From: Gammaproteobacteria bacterium
GTDB lineage: Bacteria > Pseudomonadota > Gammaproteobacteria > GRL18
NCBI GenBank assembly: GCA_027009375.1
Contig: JALVDE010000335.1
Coordinates: 1 to 24,000, forward strand
Length of the DNA stretch: 24,000 bases
Reading direction: 5' to 3'
Position numbers and translations under genes: made by a program
Shown: piece by piece, positions 16,249 to 24,000 of the stretch
Layout: each line of letters starts with the position of its first letter
Position numbering within the stretch: the first letter of the stretch is position 1
Notes under the pieces: model-generated
Databases searched by the model: none
What the model saw: only the letters and a program-made list of their open reading frames with translations
Told to the model about the DNA's origin: nothing

Positions 16249-17145
16249 ATGGCAAACTACAATCTTATCTTTCAGGGTGAAATCATTGCAGGTACTTCCT
16301 TAGAGGAAGTTAAAGCCAATGTAGCCCGACTCTTTAAAGCCGATGCAGCCAAAACAGCCGCACTGTTCTCCGGCAAAACCATTATTATCAAACGCAACCT
16401 CGATTCAGACTCTGCCAGAAAATACCTGGCCATACTAAAAAAAGCCGGTGCAGTCGTCAAAGCCGTTAAAATCGAAACACAGGCTTCACCTGATACTGTC
16501 GAGCAGAAAACAGAGCCTGACCAATCCCGGGAAGCAACACCGGTTCCACCTTCCGAGCAACCATCTTCTACTAAACTCAGCTCTGGGCTGGCCTCACTGA
16601 TAAGCTACAATCAAGCTGTCAGGAACGATAATGAAACAGAAGACATAACAGAAGAAGAAGGTCTGCAACTGGCGCCATTAGGCTCCTATATACCCAATCT
16701 GCACAATAATAATGAAACTATTATTATCCCTGATCTGAGCCATTTAACCATGTCAGAGGCTGAAAGCGGTTCTCTGGAAGAGTTTGTTCAAAAACCGGAA
16801 CCTGCTGCATTGCCGGATATCAGTGAACTGAGTATGAGTGCAGCCAATGAGGGTTCCCTGGAAGAATTTGCCGCCCGGCCTGAACCGGCACCATTACCGG
16901 ATACCAGTATGCTGGATATTGCGGAACAGGACGATACGCCGCTTTCGTCTGAGAGCACTAAAACAGAACCGGTTGCTGTTCCCGATATTTCACAATTATC
17001 CATGTCTGAAGCCCAGGAGGGCTCTCTGGAAGGCCTGGAACAGAAACCTGAGCCAGCAGAAATACCTGATATCAGCCATTTAAGTATGGAAGAATCCGAA
17101 ACAGAAAAGATACAGGGAAAAGCGGTTTTTCAAATTGGCGATTAA
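16249..17145 (+). CDS. Acidic repeat protein of unknown function: small N-terminal alpha/beta domain, a low-complexity linker, and 5 x 28-aa repeats
   Basis: The ATG at 16249 (MANYNLIFQGEI...) is preferred over the GTG at 16216. The C-terminal half consists of PDISxLSMSEAxEGSLEEFxxKPEPAxL units. The protein is strongly acidic and Pro/Glu/Ser-rich, with no recognisable catalytic motif. Confidence 0.7.
   Translation: MANYNLIFQGEIIAGTSLEEVKANVARLFKADAAKTAALFSGKTIIIKRNLDSDSARKYLAILKKAGAVVKAVKIETQASPDTVEQKTEPDQSREATPVPPSEQPSSTKLSSGLASLISYNQAVRNDNETEDITEEEGLQLAPLGSYIPNLHNNNETIIIPDLSHLTMSEAESGSLEEFVQKPEPAALPDISELSMSAANEGSLEEFAARPEPAPLPDTSMLDIAEQDDTPLSSESTKTEPVAVPDISQLSMSEAQEGSLEGLEQKPEPAEIPDISHLSMEESETEKIQGKAVFQIGD
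16729..17142 (+). repeat. Intragenic tandem repeat with an 84-nt (28-codon) period, about 4.9 copies
   Basis: Units start at 16729, 16813, 16897, 16981 and 17065, each beginning CCN GAT and exactly 84 nt apart. The third copy is the most divergent. Confidence 0.85.
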
Positions 17146-17180
17146 AAAACAGCCAGAGCAGGCATAGTCCCATAATTTAA

Positions 17181-17209
17181 TTTTTATTAAGCGCTGAATT
17201 CAGTATAAT
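17181..17209 (+). promoter_or_regulatory. Candidate promoter upstream of the FHA gene: perfect TATAAT (17204-17209) abutting a 10-bp palindrome CTGAATTCAG (17194-17203)
   Basis: Sequence match only. The -35 element is weak (TTTTTA, 17-nt spacing) and the background is AT-rich, so a chance match is plausible. Confidence 0.25.
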
Positions 17210-17371
17210 CAGTTTTTATAAATATTATAAATGTAAGATCACTGTTCAGCACAAATTGAAGTACATTAGAGTAAAGACCTGCAGGCAGCCACGATCAGAT
17301 ATACTGAATAGTGACAGTTTAAATTAAAAAATTATCAATAAGAAATATTTTACAAGAAAAAGGGATATTCC

Positions 17372-17653
17372 GTGGGATTACTCAGGATACAGCTTAGTAC
17401 ACACGAGTATAAAGACTACAAGCTGAAAAAAGGCACCACCACTATCGGCCGTCAGGAAGGCAATGATATTGTCATCAATGATCTGGCCGTTTCTAAAAAA
17501 CATGCCCGTATAAACCGGGAATCCAGTTATTTTTTAACCGACCTGCGCAGCTCCAATGGCACCTTTATCAATGGAAAGAAAATACTGCACAGTAAGCTTT
17601 CTGATGGCGATATAATTCATTTTGCCGGGATTCAGGCCACTTTTTATACCTGA
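17372..17653 (+). CDS. Stand-alone FHA-domain protein
   Basis: 93 aa with TTTIGRQEGNDIVIND..VSKKHARI....YFLTDLRSSNGTFINGKKI, the canonical FHA pattern (GR...S..H...D..S.NGT.vNg). GTG start with AAGGGA upstream. Confidence 0.8.
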   Translation: MGLLRIQLSTHEYKDYKLKKGTTTIGRQEGNDIVINDLAVSKKHARINRESSYFLTDLRSSNGTFINGKKILHSKLSDGDIIHFAGIQATFYT

Positions 17654-17680
17654 ACCGTAAAGCTGAATAAGTCATCCAGA

Positions 17681-17962
17681 CTATTCTTCTACCAGACCAT
17701 TGCGCTGCAGAACTTTATAAATTTTTTTACTGGTTTTAGCGACCCGGTTAATATCACCAAAATCCGGAACCTCACCGGCTTGCAGTCGGTATTCCCAGTC
17801 CTGCAGTTCCGTATCCAGATATTCCAGTAACTTTAATGAACAGCCGTTGCATTGTCCGGAACATAAGTTGGCTTCCGGCATGTCAAACGGAATAGCCATT
17901 CTTACCTGTGTTATCAATGACCGCATGGCGGTTGGTCTGTCCGGTTTTTTATCTGAACTCAT
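17681..17962 (-). CDS. Small conserved-looking hypothetical protein with a C-x3-C-x2-C motif
   Basis: 93 aa with the motif LCSGQCNGCSLKLLEYL followed by predicted helices. It lies 15 nt downstream of the esterase gene on the same strand. I cannot name a family with confidence. Confidence 0.65.
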   Translation of the reverse strand: MSSDKKPDRPTAMRSLITQVRMAIPFDMPEANLCSGQCNGCSLKLLEYLDTELQDWEYRLQAGEVPDFGDINRVAKTSKKIYKVLQRNGLVEE

Positions 17963-17977
17963 GTTGTTTTAACAATA

Positions 17978-18757
17978 TTAATTCAAGTAAGGCTTAATTA
18001 AAGCCATAAACAGTTCCGGCTGCTCCGCATGCAGCCAGTGGCCGGCCTGTTTAATGGTTGAAAAAGAAGCCATGGGAAAAAGCTGCCGGATTTGGGCATG
18101 ATAGTTCCGACTCAGGTAATCTGACTGGCCGCCCCAGACAAACAATACCCGTTTTTCAAAGGGTATTATGTTTCCGGTATCAGGAAAGCCGGTAATATCT
18201 TTTATGGCTTTTTTGATCACCTCAAGATTCAGGCGCCATTGATACCGGCCATTTTTTAATTGCAGGTTCTGCAGTAAAAACTGCCGTAAGTCCGGATCTG
18301 ACAGATACTCTGATAAATACTGATCCGCTTCTCTGCGACTGCTGATCCGCTCCAGCGGTACTGCAGCAAAGGCATCAAGTACGGTTGAAAAATCATGCTG
18401 ATAATTGACCGGAGCGATATCCACTACCACCAATTTCTGTACCCGCTGCGGCTGAGTCAGGGCCAGCCACATGGCGACCTTGCCGCCCATACTATGAGCA
18501 ATAAAACGGGCTTCACTAATATGATGATGTGCCATAAATTCAGCAATGTCTTCCGCCATGGCCGGATAAGTCATAATATCTGAATGAGGGGATTTACCAT
18601 GATTGCGCAGATCCAGTGCGTAGACAGAGGAGTTTTCAGCCAGTGTTCTGGCTACCGGATGCCAGTTGCGGCTGCTACCGAACAGGCCATGCAGTATAAT
18701 AATCGGGGTGCTGTGTTCTTCCCGGACGGCTTCGTAGTAACTGGAGGCAAGCTGCAT
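17978..18757 (-). CDS. Alpha/beta-fold hydrolase, YbfF-like esterase
   Basis: 259 aa with the oxyanion region IIILHGLFGS, LDLRNHGKSPH, the nucleophile elbow AHSMGG, and a C-terminal GHW..AE (catalytic His). Confidence 0.85.
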   Translation of the reverse strand: MQLASSYYEAVREEHSTPIIILHGLFGSSRNWHPVARTLAENSSVYALDLRNHGKSPHSDIMTYPAMAEDIAEFMAHHHISEARFIAHSMGGKVAMWLALTQPQRVQKLVVVDIAPVNYQHDFSTVLDAFAAVPLERISSRREADQYLSEYLSDPDLRQFLLQNLQLKNGRYQWRLNLEVIKKAIKDITGFPDTGNIIPFEKRVLFVWGGQSDYLSRNYHAQIRQLFPMASFSTIKQAGHWLHAEQPELFMALIKPYLN

Positions 18758-18777
18758 AATCCGGACTCAAATCACGC

Positions 18778-19509
18778 TTACTGGATCTGAAAATTACTCT
18801 TGCGCTGATCATAAGCCTGAATCACTTCATCCAGGGCTTCCTGCTCATAATCTCTAAGGCCGCTGAGCAGCATGTTTTTGGCTCCATGACCCATTTCTTC
18901 GCCATTGGAAAGTATACTGAACTCCAGTCTGACTTCACCTTTCTTCCCATTTTTTTCTAAAATGGAATTAGTCAGCTTAAGTTCAATATTATCACCGGAC
19001 AGCCTGTCCAGAGTAATTTCCATATTTTTATAAATCACCAGAGGGCGGGCCGGATTAATCATCACCCCTTCCTCCTGCATTAAAGGCACCAGAATATGCG
19101 GAAAGGTCTGACCGGAAAACTGCACATATTGTTCTGATAACTGGGCAATAAAATCACTGTCCTGAGTCATTTCACCGGAAGTAATAACCTGCATAAAGGC
19201 TTTATCACTTTCATCCTGTAGCACATAGTGGTTGGGCTCATTATTTGAAAAAAACAGACTATTGGAATCCCCTACCATACCGGAGAATTCAAACTTCATA
19301 CTCTGGTAAACACCCTGCTCCGCCAGAAAAACCGAAAATAATAAGTCACCGGGAACACAGAAACGCTTATTGTCTTCATCATGAATTGGATTAAAATCAC
19401 CGGCTACCGCTTTGGCAAAAGTGCTGGCCTGGGTACGGGTAAAACTAATTCGCTTATTATCTGAATTAAAATAGTGATTAATATTCATAATGATTGACTG
19501 ATATTCCAT
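18778..19509 (-). CDS. Hypothetical protein with a MaoC/hotdog-like N-terminal motif (DUF3581-like)
   Basis: 243 aa. FAKAVAGDFNPIHDED resembles the MaoC dehydratase hydratase-2 motif region. The family assignment is from memory only. Confidence 0.6.
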   Translation of the reverse strand: MEYQSIIMNINHYFNSDNKRISFTRTQASTFAKAVAGDFNPIHDEDNKRFCVPGDLLFSVFLAEQGVYQSMKFEFSGMVGDSNSLFFSNNEPNHYVLQDESDKAFMQVITSGEMTQDSDFIAQLSEQYVQFSGQTFPHILVPLMQEEGVMINPARPLVIYKNMEITLDRLSGDNIELKLTNSILEKNGKKGEVRLEFSILSNGEEMGHGAKNMLLSGLRDYEQEALDEVIQAYDQRKSNFQIQ

Positions 19510-19584
19510 TGATTATTTAGGCTTAGCTTTTTATTGGCTAAATGGCTTTTAATTTTACCACTGATTGGTTTTTAGTACCTATAA

Positions 19585-21489
19585 CTATTTATACATACGT
19601 TCCTGATAAAGGTGGTTCAGAGTAATAATAAAGGCCAGGGTGTCTTTTTCCATATCGACATCATGCTCTGTGGGCAGCATTTTTTTATCTTGATAAATAA
19701 AGGTCAAAGGTTCCTGATCGGGACGCAGAACAGTGACCTTATCGGCTATACGCAGCGCATAGGTATCATTAAACTGCATTAAAACCAGATCCCGTTTTTT
19801 ATCGCTGAATACCGAATGTCCCATAATGGGATATTCCAGATCCTGCCCGGTCAGATCCAGGGCAGTTGCCAGTACATCGGGCTGACTGGTTAAACGGCTT
19901 ATATCCTGAGGTTTAATACCACCGCCCAGGATCATACCCGGAATATGGTATAAATTAACCGGCAGCATATCACTGCCGCGTACACGGATATTATGATCGG
20001 CCACAATCACAAACACTGTATCCTTATAATAATCTTCCTGTTTTGCCTGTTCGATAAAACGACCGATAGCATAATCAGCAAATTTAATGGCATTCAGATC
20101 ACTTTTTTCCGGCACCCCGTCTATCAGTTTGATTTTTCCGGCAGGAAAGTCAAAGGGGGAATGATTAGAGGTACTGAACATGACAGAAACAAAGGAGCGG
20201 TTTTCTGCATACAGACGTTTAAATTCCTGATGGGCCCGGTTTACCAGGTCTTCATCACTGACTCCCCAGGTGCCAATATATTCCGGGTTGATAAATTTGG
20301 GCTGATCAATGATCTCATCAAAACCATTACCTAAAAACCAGCCGCGCATATTATCAAAACGGCTTTCACCACCGTAAATAAACTGGGAGTAATAACCTTT
20401 TGGTTTAAGCAGTGAAGCCACAGTAAAAAAACCGCTCTGTGACTTGTTACGTTTAATCACTCCTTTGCCCGGCACTGCATAATTACCGGATACACTGCCG
20501 GCAATTCCGCGAATACTGCGGGTGCCGTTAGAATACAGGTTGGAAAATAAAATGCCTTCCTTACTCAGACGGTTAAAATTAGGCGTCAGTTTCGGATCAC
20601 CTCCCGTGGCCCCCACAAACTGAGCGCCCAGACTTTCCTGTAAAAATATCACCAGGTTTTTCGGCTTGCTGGCTGGAAAGTGGGTTTTCTCCAGACGACG
20701 AAAGGGTGAGTCACCATCAGATAAAGGGATATTAAGCCGCTTACTGACCCGCTGCATGGCTTCTGTAATATCCATTTCACCGTATTTGGTGAGTTTTTTA
20801 TTACCGTATTTTTTATCACTGTAAATGGCATAGCCAATACTGTAGATAGAGTTTTTGGTGATCTCATTAATCACCCGATCACTGGAGTACATAGCATCGG
20901 AAAGGTTAGCCGGGCGGTGACCAAAAGAAGAACGAATTCCCAGAGCGAGAATAAACACCAGTGGGAAAAACAGCAGGAAACGTTTGAAATAATGCATTTC
21001 AAATATGGGCGTAAAATCATGCAGTTTTTTAGCCCTGATAAAAGCATAACCGACCAGCGCCATCATAATAAAGGCCATCAGCAATTCCAGCTTATAGGCC
21101 GAAAAAATCATTTTAAACACTTCCTGTGGATAGATCAGGTACTCAACAAACAGGAAATTGGGTCGTACATCATATTCGTCAAAAAACGGAATCGTGGCAT
21201 TTTCTATATAGATAAAGAACAACAGAGCCACTAAAAAATAGCCGGTTAAAAAACGGTTAACAAATTTGCTGAGTGCTTTTGGAAACAGGCTGAGCATAAT
21301 CAGGGGGATCAGCAAAGTAGCGCTGGCCACGATGCTATCCATTCTCAGGCCATATAAAAAAGTCAGCCAGTAATTAACATCACTCTGGGTAAAGCGGTCA
21401 TAATAAATGGCAAATAATACCGCCCGGCCAGTAAAAAAAATACCGACTATGGCCAGGTAATAATAAAACAGGGTTTTAATGAGTCGCAT
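19585..21489 (-). CDS. LTA-synthase / phosphoglycerol-transferase family membrane sulfatase
   Basis: About 5 N-terminal TM helices followed by an alkaline-phosphatase-superfamily domain (NLVIFLQESLG, SNGTRSIRG, VFVIVADHN). I prefer the ATG at 21489 (MRLIKTLFYYY..., 13 nt after the upstream stop). The alternative ATG at 21567 would overlap the upstream gene by 65 nt. Confidence 0.8.
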   Translation of the reverse strand: MRLIKTLFYYYLAIVGIFFTGRAVLFAIYYDRFTQSDVNYWLTFLYGLRMDSIVASATLLIPLIMLSLFPKALSKFVNRFLTGYFLVALLFFIYIENATIPFFDEYDVRPNFLFVEYLIYPQEVFKMIFSAYKLELLMAFIMMALVGYAFIRAKKLHDFTPIFEMHYFKRFLLFFPLVFILALGIRSSFGHRPANLSDAMYSSDRVINEITKNSIYSIGYAIYSDKKYGNKKLTKYGEMDITEAMQRVSKRLNIPLSDGDSPFRRLEKTHFPASKPKNLVIFLQESLGAQFVGATGGDPKLTPNFNRLSKEGILFSNLYSNGTRSIRGIAGSVSGNYAVPGKGVIKRNKSQSGFFTVASLLKPKGYYSQFIYGGESRFDNMRGWFLGNGFDEIIDQPKFINPEYIGTWGVSDEDLVNRAHQEFKRLYAENRSFVSVMFSTSNHSPFDFPAGKIKLIDGVPEKSDLNAIKFADYAIGRFIEQAKQEDYYKDTVFVIVADHNIRVRGSDMLPVNLYHIPGMILGGGIKPQDISRLTSQPDVLATALDLTGQDLEYPIMGHSVFSDKKRDLVLMQFNDTYALRIADKVTVLRPDQEPLTFIYQDKKMLPTEHDVDMEKDTLAFIITLNHLYQERMYK

Positions 21490-21502
21490 ACTTTTAGCCT
21501 GT

Positions 21503-22198
21503 TCAGGAACCGACTCTGGCAGAACGTCTGGCTTCAAAAAGTGCCTTGTTATATGGATAGGCCACATTCAGCAGAAAGATAATGGAACCGGCAAACTCCA
21601 GCATTTCACCTTTTTTGGACGAAACCATAAGCCCCTGTACCAGCACCAGTAAAATGACATAAGCGGCAACCTGATAATTCTGGGCAATGGGTATGGCCAG
21701 ATTATCCACCACTTTCCTGACACCTTCTTTTTTCTTATATAAGGGAATAAGAACAAAGAGATACAAGAGCAGCATAATACCGATACCTCGGCCAAAAATT
21801 ACTTTATTAATCTTGGTATCATTAACCACCAGGTTATGCAGATTCATTTCACCCTGGGCATTGTGTTGTGCAAAGAACTCGGTGCTTTGCACATTAAAAA
21901 TCCGCTGACCCCAGGAAATTTCCTCACCGGCACCGAAAAAGAATAACAGGGCCAATAAAAAGGTCATAAACAGAAAAGTTTTTGAACGTTCTGCTTTTAA
22001 TAACCAGAAACGCTTTAGAGTAACGCCCAGACCAATCAGCAGAAAAACCACTGTAGACCACTCGGTAAAACCGTCTTCTATAACATAAATATTTTTAAAG
22101 GAGTCATGATCCCAATAGCTCCAGACAAAGCCAACCAGGGTAAATACAGTGACATAAGCCAGTGCCAGTTTTTCAAAAAGAGACAGATTTTTCAGCAT
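21503..22198 (-). CDS. Integral membrane protein of unknown function (about 6 TM helices, GAGEEISWGQRIF motif)
   Basis: 231 aa, strongly hydrophobic in periodic segments, with a conserved-looking EEISWGQR loop. It lies immediately upstream of, and is probably co-transcribed with, the sulfatase-family gene. Confidence 0.6.
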   Translation of the reverse strand: MLKNLSLFEKLALAYVTVFTLVGFVWSYWDHDSFKNIYVIEDGFTEWSTVVFLLIGLGVTLKRFWLLKAERSKTFLFMTFLLALLFFFGAGEEISWGQRIFNVQSTEFFAQHNAQGEMNLHNLVVNDTKINKVIFGRGIGIMLLLYLFVLIPLYKKKEGVRKVVDNLAIPIAQNYQVAAYVILLVLVQGLMVSSKKGEMLEFAGSIIFLLNVAYPYNKALFEARRSARVGS

Positions 22199-22299
22199 TA
22201 AAATGTTCCGCTATTGGTAATATTATTTATATTTCGGTTTAATTATGATTGAGTAAAGAGTTCAGAGCATGCTCTTAGAGTGATAAAAGAAATAAAAGT

Positions 22300-22617
22300 T
22301 CAAACCTGATAGACCACGCCATCCATCAGCTTAATATCAATTTTATGTAAATGCGCCCCTTTACAGGGGCCATGCACACAATGCCCGGTCGGCGGTTCAA
22401 ACTGGGCACCATGGGTACCGCATTGCAGCAGCAGACCATCTGCGCTCATAAACTGATCCGCATTCCACTCAAGAGGGACTCCGGCATGAGGGCAGCTGTT
22501 AATATAAGCATAAGCTGTGTCACCGTCACGATACACCAGCATGGAATAATTGTCATCGTAAGGACAGGTTATGGCCTGATGATCGGGAATATCACTTAAT
22601 AAGCATATTTTTTTCAT
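22300..22617 (-). CDS. Small Rieske [2Fe-2S] domain protein
   Basis: Has the Rieske ligand pairs CPHAG and CGTHGAQF (C-x-H ... C-x2-H). The ATG at 22617 (MKKICLLSD...) is preferred over the TTG at 22638. Confidence 0.8.
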   Translation of the reverse strand: MKKICLLSDIPDHQAITCPYDDNYSMLVYRDGDTAYAYINSCPHAGVPLEWNADQFMSADGLLLQCGTHGAQFEPPTGHCVHGPCKGAHLHKIDIKLMDGVVYQV

Positions 22618-22923
22618 AATTGATGACTGTCGGCACAATAAGCTATTGATTGGACATAGTTATATTTTATTAATGGCGGAATTTTAACACAGCACTAATA
22701 AAAAGTCCTTTAGCACTTATTCTGAATAATAGATAAACCACCCCTGGCAGTTAAATTAAATAATTAGAACTGACATCAGTTTTTAACCTGCTTTTTTGAT
22801 ATACTAATTCAAATTTTTTTCGTACCCGTTCAGGGTGGAAACTGGATAGAAATAACTAAAGCGTTACATTTTCTCAAAATTTAAATTCTCGAATAATCAA
22901 GCGAGCCGAACCAGTACTAATTT

Positions 22924-23766
22924 ATGGATAAACCCTGTTTTGAACTCAAAGGGAGCCTTTTTACCCTTACGGTATTACAGCTTTTTGACAATGATCTTAA
23001 ACTTCTGGAAACACAATTAACCGAACGGGTAAAAATGGCCCCCGGTTTTTTTAATCAGACCCCGGTGGTTATTGATTTGCATGCCCTGAATGAACAGCAG
23101 CAGAATCTGGATTTTTTTGATTTAAGAGAAATTTTACTGTCCCTGTCCATTATTCCGGTGGGTGTCAAAGGTGCTCTGCCTGCCGTTAAAACCCTGCTGG
23201 AAGCAGCCGGTCTGGCGGTTCTGGCAGAAGCCAGGCATAGCGCGGAAAAAATCTCTGCAGCTCCGCCATCAGAACCTGAGATCCCGATACTGGAAAATGA
23301 AGTAACCGAAGAACAGACGCCAGAAATTTCAGCCCCGGAGATACAGGAACCGGAAACCGGGCAACCAGCAGATAACCGTAAACCTGAAGCTAATCCCCGG
23401 GAAGCCGCCGATACCGCTGCCCCCCCTGGTACAGTACCTGCCAAAGTGGTTAAACAAACCATTCGCTCAGGTCGCCAGGTTTATGCCCGAGGCGGTGATC
23501 TGATCATTATCGGTTCGGTCAGTGCCGGCGCCGAAGTACTGGCTGATGGTAATATTCACATTTACGGTACTTTGCGGGGCCGGGCAATGGCTGGGGTCCA
23601 GGGTGATCAGTCAGCCGCTATTTTCTGTCACAGTCTGCAAAGTGAACTGGTGTCTATAGCCGGCATTTACCTGTTGAGTGAAGATATTCCAGAGGATAAA
23701 ATTGGCACACCAGTACAGGTTTATATGCACAATGAACGGCTTGAAATGGATCACCTGATTGCTTAA
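22924..23766 (+). CDS. minC: Septum site-determining protein MinC (with an extended Pro/Glu-rich interdomain linker)
   Basis: The N-terminus is [15 protein letters not shown]. The C-terminal beta-helix domain reads [45 protein letters not shown]. It is followed by minD. Confidence 0.9.
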   Translation: MDKPCFELKGSLFTLTVLQLFDNDLKLLETQLTERVKMAPGFFNQTPVVIDLHALNEQQQNLDFFDLREILLSLSIIPVGVKGALPAVKTLLEAAGLAVLAEARHSAEKISAAPPSEPEIPILENEVTEEQTPEISAPEIQEPETGQPADNRKPEANPREAADTAAPPGTVPAKVVKQTIRSGRQVYARGGDLIIIGSVSAGAEVLADGNIHIYGTLRGRAMAGVQGDQSAAIFCHSLQSELVSIAGIYLLSEDIPEDKIGTPVQVYMHNERLEMDHLIA

Positions 23767-23837
23767 TACGCTCACATAATTTCAAACGCAACCCTGAACA
23801 ATTCATCACAGCACAATCAAAAGGAACCGATCAGACA

Positions 23838-24000
23838 ATGTCAAAAAGTGAAAAAAAGGCAAAAATTATTGTAGTGACCTCAGGCAAGGGTGGTGTTGGC
23901 AAAACCACCACCAGTGCCGCATTCGGTACCGGCCTGGCACAAAAGGGCTACAAAACCGTTATTATTGATTTTGATATCGGTCTGCGTAACCTGGATCTGA
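23838..24000 (+). CDS. minD: Septum site-determining ATPase MinD (5' part, runs off the window)
   Basis: ATG at 23838 with AAGGA upstream. It translates to [54 protein letters not shown], showing the deviant Walker A motif. It is absent from the ORF track because no stop codon falls inside the window. Confidence 0.9.
   Translation, partial: MSKSEKKAKIIVVTSGKGGVGKTTTSAAFGTGLAQKGYKTVIIDFDIGLRNLDL

Noticed and set aside
17681-17962. The C-x3-C-x2-C motif as evidence of a radical-SAM enzyme.
   Set aside because: The protein is only 93 aa and has none of the TIM-barrel or SAM-binding elements (for example the GGE motif). The spacing match to the radical-SAM cluster motif is probably coincidental or reflects a simple metal site.
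21490-21567. Longer start (ATG 21567) for the sulfatase-family gene, as given in the ORF track.
   Set aside because: It would overlap the upstream membrane-protein gene by 65 nt. It would also add a non-hydrophobic 26-aa extension (MWPIHITRHFLKPDVLPESVPEQAKS). The ATG at 21489 begins right at the first TM helix, 13 nt after the upstream stop. This is not excluded, only less likely.
22264-22275. The perfect 12-bp palindrome AGAGCATGCTCT as an operator or terminator.
   Set aside because: It has no loop or U-tract, so it is not a terminator. A single short palindrome in an AT-rich gap is weak evidence for a regulator site. It is mentioned only as context in the envelope-unit finding.
1-24000. 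Mobile element, prophage or defence island.
   Set aside because: The window has no integrase, transposase, tRNA attachment site, flanking long inverted or direct repeats, or recognisable defence genes (restriction-modification, Cas, toxin-antitoxin, NTPase/nuclease pairs). The content is housekeeping and biosynthetic.

Overview
This window looks like gammaproteobacterial-type chromosomal DNA that is moderately AT-rich. I found no rRNA, tRNA, CRISPR array, integrase or transposase. The main feature is a long run of same-strand (minus) genes from about 15254 down to 686 with very short gaps. In order it encodes an orphan hydantoinase-B/oxoprolinase homologue, a BON-domain lipoprotein and an AsnO/AsnB-type glutamine amidotransferase. 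These are followed by a compact early-cobalt-insertion (oxygen-independent type) corrin-ring operon: cbiA-cbiF-cbiX-cbiC-cbiD-cbiET-cbiL-cbiG-cbiH. The run ends with the predicted cobalt transporter genes cbtB-cbtA. Two things in the operon stand out. CbiH carries an extra ~160-aa C-terminal domain that by eye resembles ChuX/HutX haem-carrier proteins. cbiG is broken into two overlapping reading frames exactly at a C6 homopolymer. No cobalamin riboswitch and no cbiJ are visible. Flanking genes are grxD (monothiol glutaredoxin) with a bidirectional terminator on the left. On the right are sodB, an acidic protein with five 28-aa (84-nt) tandem repeats, a stand-alone FHA protein, and a hotdog-like/esterase/Cys-motif three-gene unit. 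These are followed by a membrane protein plus LTA-synthase-family sulfatase pair, a small Rieske protein, and minC plus the start of minD. Small non-coding features include a (GCGTTCA)x9 heptanucleotide tandem repeat at the left edge and three 18-bp direct repeats before the sodB terminator. All functional calls come from reading the translated ORFs and motifs by eye. No database search was run.
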